DNA of 64,000 nucleotides from Armatimonadota bacterium (GTDB lineage: Bacteria; Armatimonadota; SYMT01). Every line of letters begins with the position of its first letter. The first letter of the stretch is position 1. The notes under the pieces are model-generated. The model was not told the DNA's origin and made no database searches. It was given only the letters and a program-made list of their open reading frames with translations. The stretch spans positions 32,001 through 96,000 of the forward strand of contig JBKBRF010000018.1 of the NCBI GenBank assembly GCA_046292385.1, written 5' to 3'. Both the position numbers and the translations under genes were made by a program. Below are positions 1 through 10,304 of this stretch, piece after piece.

Positions 1-1113
1 CTTCAGCATGGCGGTCTCCACCATGTACTCTTCCGCGCCGCGGTCGATCAACCCCGCCGTGAAGTAGGTCGCCGCCTCCATCGCGTAGGCCATCGCGCCC
101 ATCCGCGCGAGCTTCCGCTTCACCAGCTCGAACTCGCCGAGCGGCTTCCCGAACTGGACCCGGGTCCGCGCGTGCTCCAGCGCCTCCCGCACGCACCGCT
201 TCGCCACGCCGGTACAGGTAGCGCCGAAGGTGGTGCGGCCGTAGTCGAGCAGCGTCAGCGCCACCCGCAGCCCGCGCCCGGGCTCGCCCAGCACGTTCGC
301 GACCGGCACCTCCATGCAGTGAAAGGCGAGCTTGCTGGTGACGGTGCCGCGGATGCCGCACTTCTCCAGCGCCGCGACCTCCACCTCGAAGCCCGGCATG
401 TCGGGCGTCACCAGGAAGGCGGTCACCCGCTCCCGCCCCTTCTCGTCGCGGGCGCCGGGGACCTTTGCCATCACCGTCAGCAGCCCCGCGATGGCGCCGT
501 TGGTGATCCACTGCTTGCGGCCGTTCAGCACGTAGTGCGTGCCTGCTTCATTCAGGACCGCGCGCGTCTCGATCCCGCCGGCGTCCGAGCCCGCGTTCGG
601 CTCGGTGAGCGCGAATGCCGCCAGCAGCTCGCCCCGGGCCAGCCGCGGCAGCCACTCCGCCTTCTGCTCCGGCGTGCCGAAGAGGAGCAGCCCCTTCAGC
701 CCGATGCTCTGGTGCGCGTTCACGAAGACGGCGAGGGAGGCGTCGACCGCCCCGATCTTTTCCATCACGCGGCAGTAGGCCTGCTGGGAGAGCCCCAGGC
801 CGCCGTACTCCCGGGGGATCGACATCGAGAGCACTCCAAGATCCCCCAGGCCGCGGATCACCGGGTCCGGAATGCACGCGTCACGGTCGATCCGGTCCGG
901 GTCGACCTCCCGCGCCAGGAACTCTCGGACCCGCGCCAGGTACTCTTCCTGCTGGGAGCGCTCCTCCGCACTCGGGACGGGATACGGCAGCGCGCTCGCG
1001 TCGAACCGCCCGAAGAAGAGCTCCTTGGCGAAGCTGCGGCGGGTCTCCGCCCCCAACAGCTCCTCCGCCTCTCGCATCTGGCGCTCGCGGTCCGACTCCG
1101 TGCCGGCCGACAT
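1..1113 (-). CDS. Acyl-CoA dehydrogenase (3' end runs off the window)
   Basis: Not in the ORF track. Read manually from ATG at 1113 with AAGGAGG upstream: [20 protein letters not shown]...[11 protein letters not shown]...YVLNGSKQWITNG...LDYGR...[15 protein letters not shown]...VETAMLK, typical ACAD motifs. Confidence 0.9.
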   Translation of the reverse strand, partial: MSAGTESDRERQMREAEELLGAETRRSFAKELFFGRFDASALPYPVPSAEERSQQEEYLARVREFLAREVDPDRIDRDACIPDPVIRGLGDLGVLSMSIPREYGGLGLSQQAYCRVMEKIGAVDASLAVFVNAHQSIGLKGLLLFGTPEQKAEWLPRLARGELLAAFALTEPNAGSDAGGIETRAVLNEAGTHYVLNGRKQWITNGAIAGLLTVMAKVPGARDEKGRERVTAFLVTPDMPGFEVEVAALEKCGIRGTVTSKLAFHCMEVPVANVLGEPGRGLRVALTLLDYGRTTFGATCTGVAKRCVREALEHARTRVQFGKPLGEFELVKRKLARMGAMAYAMEAATYFTAGLIDRGAEEYMVETAMLK

Positions 1114-1302
1114 CGCTGCCTCCTTTCGTTTCTCCTTCTATAGATACCCCGACGAAGGGGCGCGCACTTCGGTTCTGCCTCGGCACGCCGGGGTTCGTGC
1201 GTTCCACGTGCCGGTACGGTAAGACTGAGGCGTCGGCGCCTTACCGGCAAGCGTGGGCAGCGGAGCGAGAAAGACTTGAGCACAGAGAGCGGGACCGAAC
1301 GG

Positions 1303-3207
1303 ATGGGCTTTGACGGACTGCGGGTGGTGGCCCTGGAGAGCCGCCGCGCGAAGGAGATGGAGTCGATCCTCCGCAGCTACGGCGGCGAGCCGCTGGTAGC
1401 GCCCTCCATGCGGGAGCTGCCGCTCGACGAGAACGCGGAGGCGTTCGCCTTCGCGGAGAAGCTGCTGGCGGGAGAGATCGACGCCGTCATCTTCCTGACC
1501 GGAGTCGGCGCGCAGGCGCTGGTCCAGGCGCTCGAGTCGCGCTACAGCCGGGACGAGATCGTGGATGCCCTTTCCGGCGTCACCACCGTGGCACGCGGAC
1601 CGAAGCCGGTGAAGGCGCTGCGAGAGCTTGGGGTGCCGGTCGGTCTCACCGTCCCGGAGCCGAACACCTGGCGCGAGATCCTGGAGACGCTGGAAAGCGA
1701 GCCGCGCGGGATCGACCTGAAGGGCGCCCGGATCGCCGTGCAGGAGTACGGCCTGCCGAACGACGCGCTGACCGACGGCCTCCGCGAGCGCGGCGCGGAA
1801 GTGACGACGGTCCGCGTCTACCGCTGGGCGTTGCCGGAAGACCTGGAGCCGCTGCGAGACGCCATCCGGGAGCTCGCCGAAGGGCGCGCGCAGGTGCTCC
1901 TCTTCACCAGCTCCAACCAGGCGACCCACCTGCTGCAGGTCGCCGCGGAGATGGGGCTGGAGGCGCCGCTTCGAGACGCGCTCGATCGGATCGTCGTCGG
2001 CTCGATCGGGCCGACCTGCACCGAGACGCTGACCCAGTACGGTATTCCGGTCGACGTGGAGCCGGAGCATCCCCGCATGGGGCACCTGGTGCGCGAAACG
2101 GCGGAGCGCGCCGGCGAGATCCTGAAGCGGAAGCAGTCCGCCCCCGCCGCGCCGCGCGCCTCCGCCCCCGCGGCCGAGCCGTGGAACGACGCCCCGTTTC
2201 TGAAGGCGTGCCGCCGCGAGCCGACCCCCTACACGCCCGTCTGGCTGATGCGACAGGCCGGCCGCTACATGCAGGAATACCGGGAGGTCCGCGCCCGCCA
2301 CAGCTTCCTGGAGCTCTGCAAGAACCCGGAGCTCGTGGCGGAGGTGACGGTCTTCGCCGCGGAGCGGATCAAGGCGGACGCCGCCATCATCTTCGCCGAC
2401 ATCCTGCTGATCGTGGAGCCGCTGGGGCTGAACCTGGAGTACAGCAAGGGGGACGGCCCGGTCATCTCTCCCGTGATCCGGGAGAGCGCCGACATCGACC
2501 GGCTCTGCGAGGTCGATCCCGACTCCCTCTCCTACGTCTACGACGCGGTCCGCGCCACCCGCCAGGCGCTCGATCCGAAGACGCCGCTGATCGGCTTCTG
2601 CGGAGCGCCGTTCACCCTCGCCTCGTACATGATCGAGGGCGGCGGCTCGCGAAACTACGAGAATACGAAGTCGCTGATGTACCGCGACTCCGGCGCCTGG
2701 CACGCGCTCATGGATCGGATCGCCCGGGGGCTGATCGGTTACGTGAACCGGCAGGTCGAAGCCGGGGCGCAGTGCATCCAGATCTTCGATAGCTGGGTCG
2801 GCTCCCTCGGGCCGGAGGACTACCGCGAGTTCGTGCTCCCCCACTCCCGCACCCTGATCCAGGGCATCACCCCCGGTGTGCCGGTGATCCACTTCGGCAC
2901 CGGAACCGGCACCATGCTGCGCGACATCCGGGATGCCGGCGGCGACGTGATCGGCCTCGACTGGCGCACTCCGATCGACCGCGGCTGGGCGGAGGTGGGG
3001 TACGACCGCGCCGTCCAGGGCAACCTCGACCCGCTGATCCTCTTTGCGGAGCCGGAGTATATCGAAAAGCGCGCCCGGCAGATCCTGGACCAGGCGGAAG
3101 GCCGCCCCGGCCACATCTTCAACCTGGGCCACGGCATCCTGCCGAAGACCCCCGTCGACCACGTGGTCCGGCTGATCGAGTACGTCCACGAGTACTCCAG
3201 CCGCTGA
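1303..3207 (+). CDS. hemE: Fused uroporphyrinogen-III synthase (HemD-like N-terminus) / uroporphyrinogen decarboxylase (HemE C-terminus)
   Basis: N-terminal ~270 aa with FLTGVG, ARGPKP, VYRW, FTSS, SIGPTC (HemD); C-terminal PVWLMRQAGRY, GFCGAPFTLASY, QIFDSW, QGNLDP, IFNLGHG (HemE). Start could be 1276 (TTG) or 1303 (ATG). Confidence 0.92.
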   Translation: MGFDGLRVVALESRRAKEMESILRSYGGEPLVAPSMRELPLDENAEAFAFAEKLLAGEIDAVIFLTGVGAQALVQALESRYSRDEIVDALSGVTTVARGPKPVKALRELGVPVGLTVPEPNTWREILETLESEPRGIDLKGARIAVQEYGLPNDALTDGLRERGAEVTTVRVYRWALPEDLEPLRDAIRELAEGRAQVLLFTSSNQATHLLQVAAEMGLEAPLRDALDRIVVGSIGPTCTETLTQYGIPVDVEPEHPRMGHLVRETAERAGEILKRKQSAPAAPRASAPAAEPWNDAPFLKACRREPTPYTPVWLMRQAGRYMQEYREVRARHSFLELCKNPELVAEVTVFAAERIKADAAIIFADILLIVEPLGLNLEYSKGDGPVISPVIRESADIDRLCEVDPDSLSYVYDAVRATRQALDPKTPLIGFCGAPFTLASYMIEGGGSRNYENTKSLMYRDSGAWHALMDRIARGLIGYVNRQVEAGAQCIQIFDSWVGSLGPEDYREFVLPHSRTLIQGITPGVPVIHFGTGTGTMLRDIRDAGGDVIGLDWRTPIDRGWAEVGYDRAVQGNLDPLILFAEPEYIEKRARQILDQAEGRPGHIFNLGHGILPKTPVDHVVRLIEYVHEYSSR

Positions 3208-3903
3208 TTTTTCGACACAGAGGGACACAGACGAACCAGCAGAGGAACACAGCGCGGCTGATGCCGCAACCAAACTCACGGCGGCGGGAGAAAGAGTCTC
3301 TCGGCGAGATCGTCATCGCTCCGGGAGTCCACCCCGCGCCCTCCCCGCCCTGCGGGCGCAAAGCTGGTCGTGCTGCACCGGCTTGGGGCAACCCGCCGGC
3401 TGCCGACCGCGCCCAGACCCGAGGCGCCCGGAGGGTGCCAGTTGTGACCACCCCTGGCAGGGGTGGTAGCTCGAAGGGTCGGGAGGCAGCCCGTGAGCTC
3501 CCCTGTCGGCACGGGTTACGCTTCCTGGCGCGGGAAGGGCTTCTCGACGAAAGCTCCCGCAGCGGCCTGCTAACGGAGCGCAGCGGAGTGTGAAAAGGCC
3601 GCGGAGGGCCTTCGTCGCGGGAGGGCTGCCTCCCGGCACAAGGGCTCGGGGTCGGGTTACGGGATCGATTCTGCAGCTCGAAGAGAAGCAAAAGCGCCAC
3701 ACAACTGGCACCCTCCGGCTCCGCGCGGCGCAGGCGCGCGATGACCACCAGCAAAACCTGCGCATCCCGGCCCGACTCTCGCGGTGAGTAGTACAGAGCC
3801 TTTAGGATTGGGCGGTACCCGCTGTGGCGTTGGCACGCTGCAGTCCGTGCCGGAGATCTGTGTCTGTTCTGTCGGTTCTTCTGTGTCCCTCTGTGTCGAA
3901 AAA
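3207..3903. repeat. Inverted pair of ACACAGAGGGACACAGA-type REP-like repeats bracketing the intergenic region
   Basis: TTTTCGACACAGAGGGACACAGACGAACC near 3210 is the near-perfect reverse complement of GGTTCTTCTGTGTCCCTCTGTGTCGAAAA at ~3874-3902. Confidence 0.8.
3411..3718 (+). ncRNA. Putative structured RNA / dispersed element, copy A (family unassigned)
   Basis: Homologous to 29301-29567(-) and 29661-29886(+); perfect 19-bp closing inverted repeat 3428-3446/3700-3718; 13-bp helix 3480-3492/3623-3635. Confidence 0.55.
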
Positions 3904-3911
3904 CTCCACCC

Positions 3912-4442
3912 CTACCGGCCGGGACCCGGCTGGAACCTCCGCTGCCGGGGTGGTCCGAACGGCGCCGCGCCTGGGTCGACGAGGTGATACTCCGCAGCCC
4001 GCTGGACGTGCCAGCGGCCCCACCGGTACCGCAGCCGCATCAGGTAGCGTGTGGTGGCGACGTCGTAGACGCACGCGCTGGCGCGGAGATCGACCACGAA
4101 CGGGCCTCGCCACTGCAGGTCGCCGGCACGGAGCAGCACCCACGGCGGGGCGTTGGCGGTGCCGCTGGTCCAGGCGGGGTCCGCCGACGGGCAGGCCGAG
4201 ACCTCCTGCACGGTGGCGCCCGCTCCCCCGAACCGCGCCAGGAGCGCGCGGGGCGGGTCCACGTCGTCCTCAGGGTGACTCGAAAGGTAGTAGGCGCCCG
4301 GCGAGGGGTTCTGGCGCTCCATGAGGTGCCGCAGCGCCGCCTCGCGGACCGCGGCGTCCTGCATCACGGGCCAGTTCGCGATGTAGACGCAGCCGCCGAG
4401 AACCACCGCGAGAGCGATCCCGAGCCGGACGATACGCCGCAT
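3912..4442 (-). CDS. Hypothetical exported/membrane-anchored protein
   Basis: MRRIVRLGIALAVVLGGCVYIA N-terminal hydrophobic segment; GGGAGAGG RBS upstream of ATG 4442. Confidence 0.65.
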   Translation of the reverse strand: MRRIVRLGIALAVVLGGCVYIANWPVMQDAAVREAALRHLMERQNPSPGAYYLSSHPEDDVDPPRALLARFGGAGATVQEVSACPSADPAWTSGTANAPPWVLLRAGDLQWRGPFVVDLRASACVYDVATTRYLMRLRYRWGRWHVQRAAEYHLVDPGAAPFGPPRQRRFQPGPGR

Positions 4443-4523
4443 TGCCTCTCCCCTTAACAGACTAATAATACAAGGGTTTCCGCGCATGCATGAGCGCACG
4501 ATTCTGATCGACTACCGGGTCCC

Positions 4524-4662
4524 TCCGCAGACAGGAGAGGGACACCGAGGGCGCAGGGAAAACACAGACCTCAGGCGGGGTCGCCACCGGTAGATCCAGA
4601 AGCCCAAGAGCCCGGAAGTTCTGTGTTCCTCTCGTCTGTTCTTCTGTGTCCCTCTGTGTCAA
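4524..4662. repeat. Second REP-like pair of the CACAGAGGGACACAGA family
   Basis: 4620-4662 (TTCTTCTGTGTCCCTCTGTGTC) matches 3876-3898; degenerate inverted partner at 4524-4570. Confidence 0.6.
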
Positions 4663-4666
4663 GCAA

Positions 4667-6163
4667 ATGAAGCTCCTCGCAATCGACCTGGGTGCCAGCG
4701 GCGGGCGCGTGCTGGCGGCAACTCTCTCCGGGACCGGATCCGGGCACTCGCTCGAGCTGTCGGAGGCGCACCGGTTCCCACACGGGCCGATCCCACTTCC
4801 CCGGGCCGGCGGCGTCACCTACTGCTGGGACGCCGTGCTGCTCTGGAGCGAGGTTCTGAGCGGCTTGCGGAAGGCCGGCCACGAGCACGGACGCGTGGAG
4901 AGCGTGGGGGTCGACACCTGGGGAGTCGACTTCGGACTCCTCGACCGCCAGGGCGGCCTGCTCGCCAATCCGGTCAGCTACCGGGACTCCCGCACGGACG
5001 GCATGATGGAGCTTGCCTTCTCGCGCGTCTCGCGAGACGAGATCTTCCGGCGGACCGGCCTCCAGTTCATGCCGCTGAACACGCTCTACCAGCTCCTGGC
5101 GCTGAAGGAGCAGGACTCGCCCACGCTGCCGCTGGTGGAGCGGATGCTGCTGATTCCGGACCTGCTCCACTACTGGCTCTGCGGCAGCGAGACGGTGGAA
5201 TACACCAACGCGAGCACCACGCAGATGCTCGACTCCCACAGCCGCTCGTGGGACCTGGAGCTGCTCCGCCGGCTGGAGGTCCCCCACTCGTTTCTGCCGG
5301 AGATCGTCCCGGAGGGGAGCCGCCTGGGGCGGCTGCGGGCGGTGGTGGCGGACGAGACCGGCCTCTCCACCCGGGTGCAGGTGATCTGCCCCGCCACGCA
5401 CGACACCGGCTCCGCCGTGGTGGCGACACCCGGAGAGGGTGCCGATTGGGCGTTCTTGAGCGCCGGCACCTGGTGCTTGTTCGGGGCGGAGGTCGACCGC
5501 CCGTACCTCGACCCTGCCGTGCTGGAGGCCGGGTTCAGCAACGAGGGCGGCGTACGCGGGACGACGCGGCTGCTGCGGAACATCACCGGGCTCTGGCTGG
5601 TGCAGGAGTGCCGCCGGTACTGGGCTTCGCAGGGGGAGAGCTACTCGTATGCCGATCTGGCGGCTCTGGCGGCGGGGGCCCGGCCGTTCGCAGCGGTGCT
5701 CGATCCGGACGACCCAGGCTTCGCGCAGCCGACCCGAATGCCGCACGCGATTGCGGACTACTGCCGGCGGACCGGGCAAGCGGTCCCGGAAGGTCCGGGC
5801 GAGCTGGTCCGTGTAGCGATGGAAGGCATCGCGCTTACGGTGCGCCGGCGCTGGGAGCAGCTCCAGCGCATCCTGGGCCGGCGCCTCTCCGTGCTGCACA
5901 TCGTCGGTGGAGGCACGCAGAACACGCTGCTCTGCCAGCTCATCGCCAACGCGCTCGGCTGCCCCGTGCTGGCCGGACCGACGGAGGCGACCGCGATGGG
6001 CAACGCGCTGGTGCAGGCGGTCGGGCTCGGCGCGCTCGATTACTCAGAAGCGCGGCAGGTAGTCCGCCGCTCCGTCACGCTGGCGGAGTACCGGCCGGAG
6101 GAGACCGGCGCGTGGGACGAAGCCTACGGGCGCTACCTCGCGCTGTTCGAGCCGAAGGGCTGA
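4667..6163 (+). CDS. Rhamnulokinase-like FGGY carbohydrate kinase
   Basis: LAIDLGASGGR, GVDTWGVDFGL, YRDSRT, ATHDTGSA, RNITGLWLVQE, GPTEATAMGN motifs (RhaB family). Confidence 0.9.
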   Translation: MKLLAIDLGASGGRVLAATLSGTGSGHSLELSEAHRFPHGPIPLPRAGGVTYCWDAVLLWSEVLSGLRKAGHEHGRVESVGVDTWGVDFGLLDRQGGLLANPVSYRDSRTDGMMELAFSRVSRDEIFRRTGLQFMPLNTLYQLLALKEQDSPTLPLVERMLLIPDLLHYWLCGSETVEYTNASTTQMLDSHSRSWDLELLRRLEVPHSFLPEIVPEGSRLGRLRAVVADETGLSTRVQVICPATHDTGSAVVATPGEGADWAFLSAGTWCLFGAEVDRPYLDPAVLEAGFSNEGGVRGTTRLLRNITGLWLVQECRRYWASQGESYSYADLAALAAGARPFAAVLDPDDPGFAQPTRMPHAIADYCRRTGQAVPEGPGELVRVAMEGIALTVRRRWEQLQRILGRRLSVLHIVGGGTQNTLLCQLIANALGCPVLAGPTEATAMGNALVQAVGLGALDYSEARQVVRRSVTLAEYRPEETGAWDEAYGRYLALFEPKG

Positions 6164-6164
6164 G

Positions 6165-6578
6165 CTACCCTCCCTGGCACCCGAGCCAGTGCTCCGGAAG
6201 CAGCTCCCGGAGCGGGACCACGCGGTCGCGCGCCAGCACCACCCCGGTGTCCAGGTTCCCGGGATCGATCTGAACCATCAACTCCCGGCAGCGCCCACAC
6301 GGCGGCACGATCGCAGCCCCGGCGACGGCCACCACCAGCTCGATCGCGGTTTCCCGCGCCTTCAGCATCTCGGCCACCGCGGCGTGCTCGGCGCAGAAGC
6401 CGATGCCGCACGCCAGGTCGAGGCAGATGCCGGTAAACACTCGTCCGCTCCGGGTGCGGAGCGCCGCCGCGCAGGAGCCGGCGGAGAAGTCCCGTCCCAG
6501 GGAAAACTCGCCGTAAACCGCTTCGGCGGCTTTCAGCAGCTCGTCGATCTCGGATGGATCGAGTGGGGCTATCGACAT
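6165..6578 (-). CDS. Cytidine deaminase-like zinc deaminase
   Basis: GFCAEHAAV and PPCGRCRE zinc motifs; real start likely ATG 6578. Confidence 0.85.
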   Translation of the reverse strand: MSIAPLDPSEIDELLKAAEAVYGEFSLGRDFSAGSCAAALRTRSGRVFTGICLDLACGIGFCAEHAAVAEMLKARETAIELVVAVAGAAIVPPCGRCRELMVQIDPGNLDTGVVLARDRVVPLRELLPEHWLGCQGG

Positions 6579-6762
6579 TCCGTTTCCGTCCTCCTGCCGC
6601 GTCGGCCGGCAGCAGATTCCAATCACTGCCGGAATTCTCCCTGCCAGCGCTGAGGAATTTACCTTCGCCAGCCAAGAATCCGGAACCCGTTCCGGGTTTG
6701 CCGGGTCTGCCACCTGTCCGCGGCGTTTCGAGGAGAGGCGCTGGCGGAAAGACGTAGACGAG

Positions 6763-7236
6763 GTGACGAGGATTATGAACGCAAGTCTCAGGAAAGTATG
6801 GGCCTCGCTCGGCGCGGCAGTGCTCGGGCTGACGATGCTCACCGTGATAGACGTCAAGCCCGCGGACGCCCGGCCGCCGGCACATGCCCCGGCGCATGGC
6901 TACCGCCGGAAGCAGGCGGCGCGCACCTACCGGACCTACCGGCCGGCTTACTCGCGCACCCGGCCTTCCCAGTACACGGTGTACCGGCGGATGCAGCCGT
7001 ACCGGCGCGACCGCCGCTACTCGACCTACAACCGGTACTCTCGGTACAACCGCTCCAGTACATACCGCACCAACCGGTATCCCCGCGCGAAGGATATCGA
7101 CCGGGACGGCGTCCGGAATCGATATGACCGCGACATGGACGGCGACGGTCGCCGCAACCATTGGGACAAGGACGTCGACGGTGACGGCCGCCGGAACCGG
7201 AATGACGATCACCGACGGAACCCGAAGCGCCGCTAA
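6763..7236 (+). CDS. Secreted Arg/Tyr-rich protein with three DxDxDG calcium-binding-type repeats
   Basis: Signal peptide ending PADA; PPAHAPAHGYR motif; DIDRDG, DMDGDG, DVDGDG repeats. Confidence 0.8.
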   Translation: MTRIMNASLRKVWASLGAAVLGLTMLTVIDVKPADARPPAHAPAHGYRRKQAARTYRTYRPAYSRTRPSQYTVYRRMQPYRRDRRYSTYNRYSRYNRSSTYRTNRYPRAKDIDRDGVRNRYDRDMDGDGRRNHWDKDVDGDGRRNRNDDHRRNPKRR

Positions 7237-7286
7237 CCGGCACGATCGGTAGATGCCTGGGGCACTTTCGTCCAGCCCCACTCCAG

Positions 7287-7320
7287 AGATGAGCCATCCC
7301 GACCCTGGGGTGGCTCATCT
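7287..7320 (+). terminator. Hairpin, probable terminator
   Basis: AGATGAGCCATCCC / GGGGTGGCTCATCT inverted repeat downstream of 6763-7236. Confidence 0.55.
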
Positions 7321-7484
7321 CGCATTTGGAGAGCCCTGCCCTTGGGAAATGCTGACCGTCGGGGTCGCATCACCCGCGGGAAGGGCTCTTACGCATCCGG
7401 AGTATGCGTCTCGCTGTACCGAGGGAAGCTGCGATCTCTGCGCCGCCTCGCGGGCGGCCCGGTGAGCTCTCCGTCTCGCGGCGT

Positions 7485-7514
7485 TTGACTTCGCTTTATG
7501 GGGGTCGCTATAAT
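7485..7514 (+). promoter_or_regulatory. Sigma70-type promoter for rpoZ-dnaJ-prmA
   Basis: TTGACT-18 nt-TATAAT in high-GC background, 47 nt upstream of rpoZ. Confidence 0.7.
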
Positions 7515-7561
7515 CGCACGGGCTTTCCCGACCTCCCAGAAGAGAGATCGAAGAAGAGATC

Positions 7562-8020
7562 ATGATCCTCCAGTCCACCGACGAACTCGAAAAGCAGATC
7601 GGGAACAAGTATTCCCTGGTCATCGTGGCTGCCAAGCGGGCACGGCAGCTGAAGGAGGGTCACGCCCCTCTCGCCACCGATCCCTCCCCCAATCCGATCA
7701 GCCTGGCGCTGCGTGAGATTCAGGAAGGGCAGATCGGCTCTATCGCTCCGCCCGTGGAAGAAGTGGCGCCGGCGCCGCGCGATCTGATCTCCGATCTCGT
7801 CACGGGGGCCGACTTCGACCTGGATGAGGACCTCGATCTCGAAGACAGCGACGCGGTGGACGATCTCGCCGCGCTGCTGGTCGGCGAAGACGACGAGACC
7901 GAGGAAGAGGAGGCGGAAGCCGATACCGATGACGATCTCGCGACGGATGACGACACGGAAGATAGCGAGGACGCCGACGAGTCGGACGAGGCCGAGGAAG
8001 AGGACGCTGACGAGGAGTAG
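7562..8020 (+). CDS. rpoZ: RNA polymerase omega subunit with long acidic C-terminal tail
   Basis: NKYSLVIVAAKRARQL...NPISLALREI omega core followed by an Asp/Glu-rich tail. Confidence 0.9.
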   Translation: MILQSTDELEKQIGNKYSLVIVAAKRARQLKEGHAPLATDPSPNPISLALREIQEGQIGSIAPPVEEVAPAPRDLISDLVTGADFDLDEDLDLEDSDAVDDLAALLVGEDDETEEEEAEADTDDDLATDDDTEDSEDADESDEAEEEDADEE

Positions 8021-8089
8021 TAGCGGAAAGGTCTTCCGCACCGCGTCTGCGGACGGTCGCGTGCCCGGGGAGTGCGGAGTCGCGCAGCG

Positions 8090-9292
<1,203 letters not shown>

Positions 9293-9369
9293 TCCTCCCT
9301 TGTCTTCAGAAGGCGCTGCCGGGTTCCGGCGGCGCCTTCCGCTTTTCGGGTCGAACTTTCGAGGCACCC

Positions 9370-10296
9370 ATGCGCTGGACCGAGATCTCCCTGCACGTCC
9401 CCCGCTCGCTCACTGACGCCGTCTCCGCCGCGCTGACGGAGGGCGGCTGCGCCGGGACCGTCATCACCGATCCGCGCGCCGTCTCCAGCGATCCGTTCGC
9501 GGAGTGGTCCGCACCTGAGGGCTCCGCGGCAAACGGGGACACCTGCCGGGTGTCCGGCTATCTCCCGGTCGACGACCGCCTGGAAGGCACCCTCGACGAG
9601 ATCCAGGGGCGCCTCCGGATCTTGAAAGAAGCCGGGCTGGAGCTGGAGACGGAGCTGACGCTGCGGATGGTGGAGGACGACGCCTGGGCCGATGCCTGGA
9701 AGCGCTACTTCAAGCCGTCGCGGGTAGGCCGGCGGTTCGTGATCAAGCCGTCCTGGGAGGAGTGGGACGCCGCCGCGGACGACCTCGTGATCGAGCTCGA
9801 CCCCGGCATGGCGTTCGGCAGCGGTGCCCATCCCACCACCCGGCTCTGCCTTGGCCTGCTGGAGTCGCTCCCGCTGCGCGGGGCGCGCGTGCTCGACTGG
9901 GGCACCGGGAGCGGAGTCCTCGCCATCGGCGCCGGCCGCCTCGGCGCGAACCCGATCCTGGCGATCGATCTCGACCCGCTCGCTGCGAGGGTCGCCGGGG
10001 AGAACGTGGAGCGCAACGGCCTGGAGGGCGTGATCGAGTGCGGCGTCGGCAGCATCGAGGCGCTGCCTGACAAGCCCGCATACGACCTGATCATCGGAAA
10101 CATCGTCGCCGACCCGATCATCGGCGCCGCGCCGGAGATCCGCCGCCGCCTCGCGCCCGGCGGCCACGCGCTCGTCAGCGGCTTCCTTGAGTCCCGCGAG
10201 CCGGAAGTCCGCGCCGCCCTCGAAGCAACCGGCCTGAAGACCGTAGACTGCACCGGCGAAGAAGACTGGCGAGCGCTCCTCCTCCGGCTGGCGTGA
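9370..10296 (+). CDS. prmA: Ribosomal protein L11 methyltransferase
   Basis: WADAWKRYFKP, LDPGMAFGSGAHPTT, VLDWGTGSGVLAI; follows dnaJ; start ATG 9370. Confidence 0.95.
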   Translation: MRWTEISLHVPRSLTDAVSAALTEGGCAGTVITDPRAVSSDPFAEWSAPEGSAANGDTCRVSGYLPVDDRLEGTLDEIQGRLRILKEAGLELETELTLRMVEDDAWADAWKRYFKPSRVGRRFVIKPSWEEWDAAADDLVIELDPGMAFGSGAHPTTRLCLGLLESLPLRGARVLDWGTGSGVLAIGAGRLGANPILAIDLDPLAARVAGENVERNGLEGVIECGVGSIEALPDKPAYDLIIGNIVADPIIGAAPEIRRRLAPGGHALVSGFLESREPEVRAALEATGLKTVDCTGEEDWRALLLRLA

Positions 10297-10304
10297 GGCT
10301 CCCT

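Noticed and set aside
1138..3279. 713-aa minus-strand ORF and other long antisense ORFs (e.g. 19851-22826 +, 37808-40189 -, 48031-50937 -, 32513-34249 +)
   Set aside because: Shadow ORFs opposite well-supported genes, expected in high-GC DNA; no recognisable motifs
3411..3718. Group II intron or RNase P identity for the structured element
   Set aside because: No domain V signature, intron termini or RNase P conserved core recognised by eye; left unassigned pending an Rfam search
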